From Nanobdellota archaeon (lineage in GTDB: Archaea > Nanobdellota > Nanobdellia > Pacearchaeales > GW2011-AR1): 64,000 nucleotides of DNA. A program made the position numbers and the translations under genes. The stretch lies in NCBI GenBank assembly GCA_013329055.1, contig DUKY01000013.1, forward strand, positions 1,587 through 65,586, in the 5' to 3' direction. Below are positions 63,097 through 64,000 of this stretch, piece after piece (position 1 is the first letter of the stretch; every line of letters begins with the position of its first letter). The notes below the pieces were generated by a model that saw only the letters and a program-made list of their open reading frames with translations, searched no databases and was not told where the DNA came from.

Positions 63097-64000
63097 ATGC
63101 AAAAAGACCAGGAACAGATAATACAGATTAATAAAGAAAGACTTACACAAGTATGCCTTAAATCATATCAAGCGTTTATAAATAAAGAAAAAATTTTCAA
63201 AACAAAAAGGGAAGAAGTCTTGCCTCAATTTAATCTCCCGGAAGATTTAGAAAAAAATCCAAAAGAAACAGCAAACTATTTATTTATTTTAGCATTAATG
63301 GAAAGAAAATCTTTAACCAGAATTAATATTCGAAATGGCAGAAAAACATGGGAAAATCCGCAAACAAAATGGATATTCACTCCTGAAAAGTCTGTTAAAA
63401 ATTTAGAAGGAGTAACTCAAATTTGTCAGGAAAATTTACAATATATGTTAAACGATTTTCCAAAAAATTATGTTAAAAATATGCAATTATTATTAGAAAA
63501 ATATAACGGAGATTCAAGAAATATCATTAATAAACAAAACATAGAACAAGCAAGAAAAAATTTAATGGAATTTCATGGAATTGGAACAGGTATTGCTAAT
63601 TTATTCATTAACTATCTAACAGATATTAATTTAATATGCACATTAAATCCATTAGAAGCAAGAGTAAAAGTTGACGTACATAAGGCAAGAATACCAATTA
63701 ATACTAACTGTATTACCGGACAAGATGAATACAGAAGAGATATAATAACAAAACCCTTGGAAGATATGTATTTACAAATTTGTAAAGAACAAAAACTAAA
63801 TGCACAAATATTAGATACTGCACCATGGATTATTGGATCAGAAATTTGTGCAAAAAGGAATTATAATAAATGTCTGCAAGATTGCCCAATAGAAAATCTA
63901 TGTACTTCATGCGTGAAAGAAAATGACAAGACAGGAAAAATAATAGTTAATGAATTAAAAAGGGATGGCAAAAAATACAGAGTTGAAACAAGAAAATATG
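63097..64000 (+). CDS. HhH-motif protein, possibly an HhH-GPD-type DNA glycosylase with a Cys cluster; 3' end off the window
   Basis: Own translation from ATG at 63097 is open to the window end: MQKDQEQIIQINK..EFHGIGTGIANLFINYL..CAKRNYNKCLQDCPIENLCTSC... It is absent from the ORF track because no stop is reached. Confidence 0.4.
   Translation, partial: MQKDQEQIIQINKERLTQVCLKSYQAFINKEKIFKTKREEVLPQFNLPEDLEKNPKETANYLFILALMERKSLTRINIRNGRKTWENPQTKWIFTPEKSVKNLEGVTQICQENLQYMLNDFPKNYVKNMQLLLEKYNGDSRNIINKQNIEQARKNLMEFHGIGTGIANLFINYLTDINLICTLNPLEARVKVDVHKARIPINTNCITGQDEYRRDIITKPLEDMYLQICKEQKLNAQILDTAPWIIGSEICAKRNYNKCLQDCPIENLCTSCVKENDKTGKIIVNELKRDGKKYRVETRKY

Overview
The window is an AT-rich, densely packed archaeal chromosome segment. 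The gene content and style suggest a small-genome, DPANN-like archaeon, but that assignment is an inference. Most of it is ordinary housekeeping. This includes a two-subunit 2-oxoacid:ferredoxin oxidoreductase, acs, RNase HII and a type IV pilus locus (FlaI-like ATPase, a FlaJ/PilC platform split into two ORFs, five class-III-signal-peptide pilins). It also includes the rpoH-rpoB-rpoA operon, an SRP RNA, an intron-containing tRNA-Ile(UAU), Trm5, FEN-1, PolB, a Nop2/Sun methyltransferase, MetAP and two Cdc48 paralogs with Hsp20. VapBC, signal peptidase, a DHH phosphoesterase, an ABC exporter, DisA, deoxyhypusine synthase, rhomboid, TFE-alpha and a short AlaRS are also present. The unusual part is a modular family of short structured repeats, here called modules A-J, which totals roughly 3-4 kb of the 64 kb. 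The modules occur as a 122-nt tandem array next to the SRP RNA, as mosaic and nested blocks in at least nine intergenic regions, and all in the same (+) orientation. Compensatory base changes preserve the hairpins between copies. Module A is also inserted in frame inside two essential genes: the exonuclease-domain region of PolB, and the Nop2/Sun methyltransferase, where a 21-bp direct duplication flanks it. This resembles the Rickettsia palindromic elements, in an archaeal genome. Secondary observations are a single-ORF (unsplit) RpoA, a 48-codon ORF wedged between rpoB and rpoA, and a GTGTATAC-N5-GTGTATAC operator shared by both Cdc48 operons. Both ends of the tRNA gene are duplicated, and several translation-initiation regions are duplicated. 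No CRISPR array, rRNA, transposase or integrase is visible.
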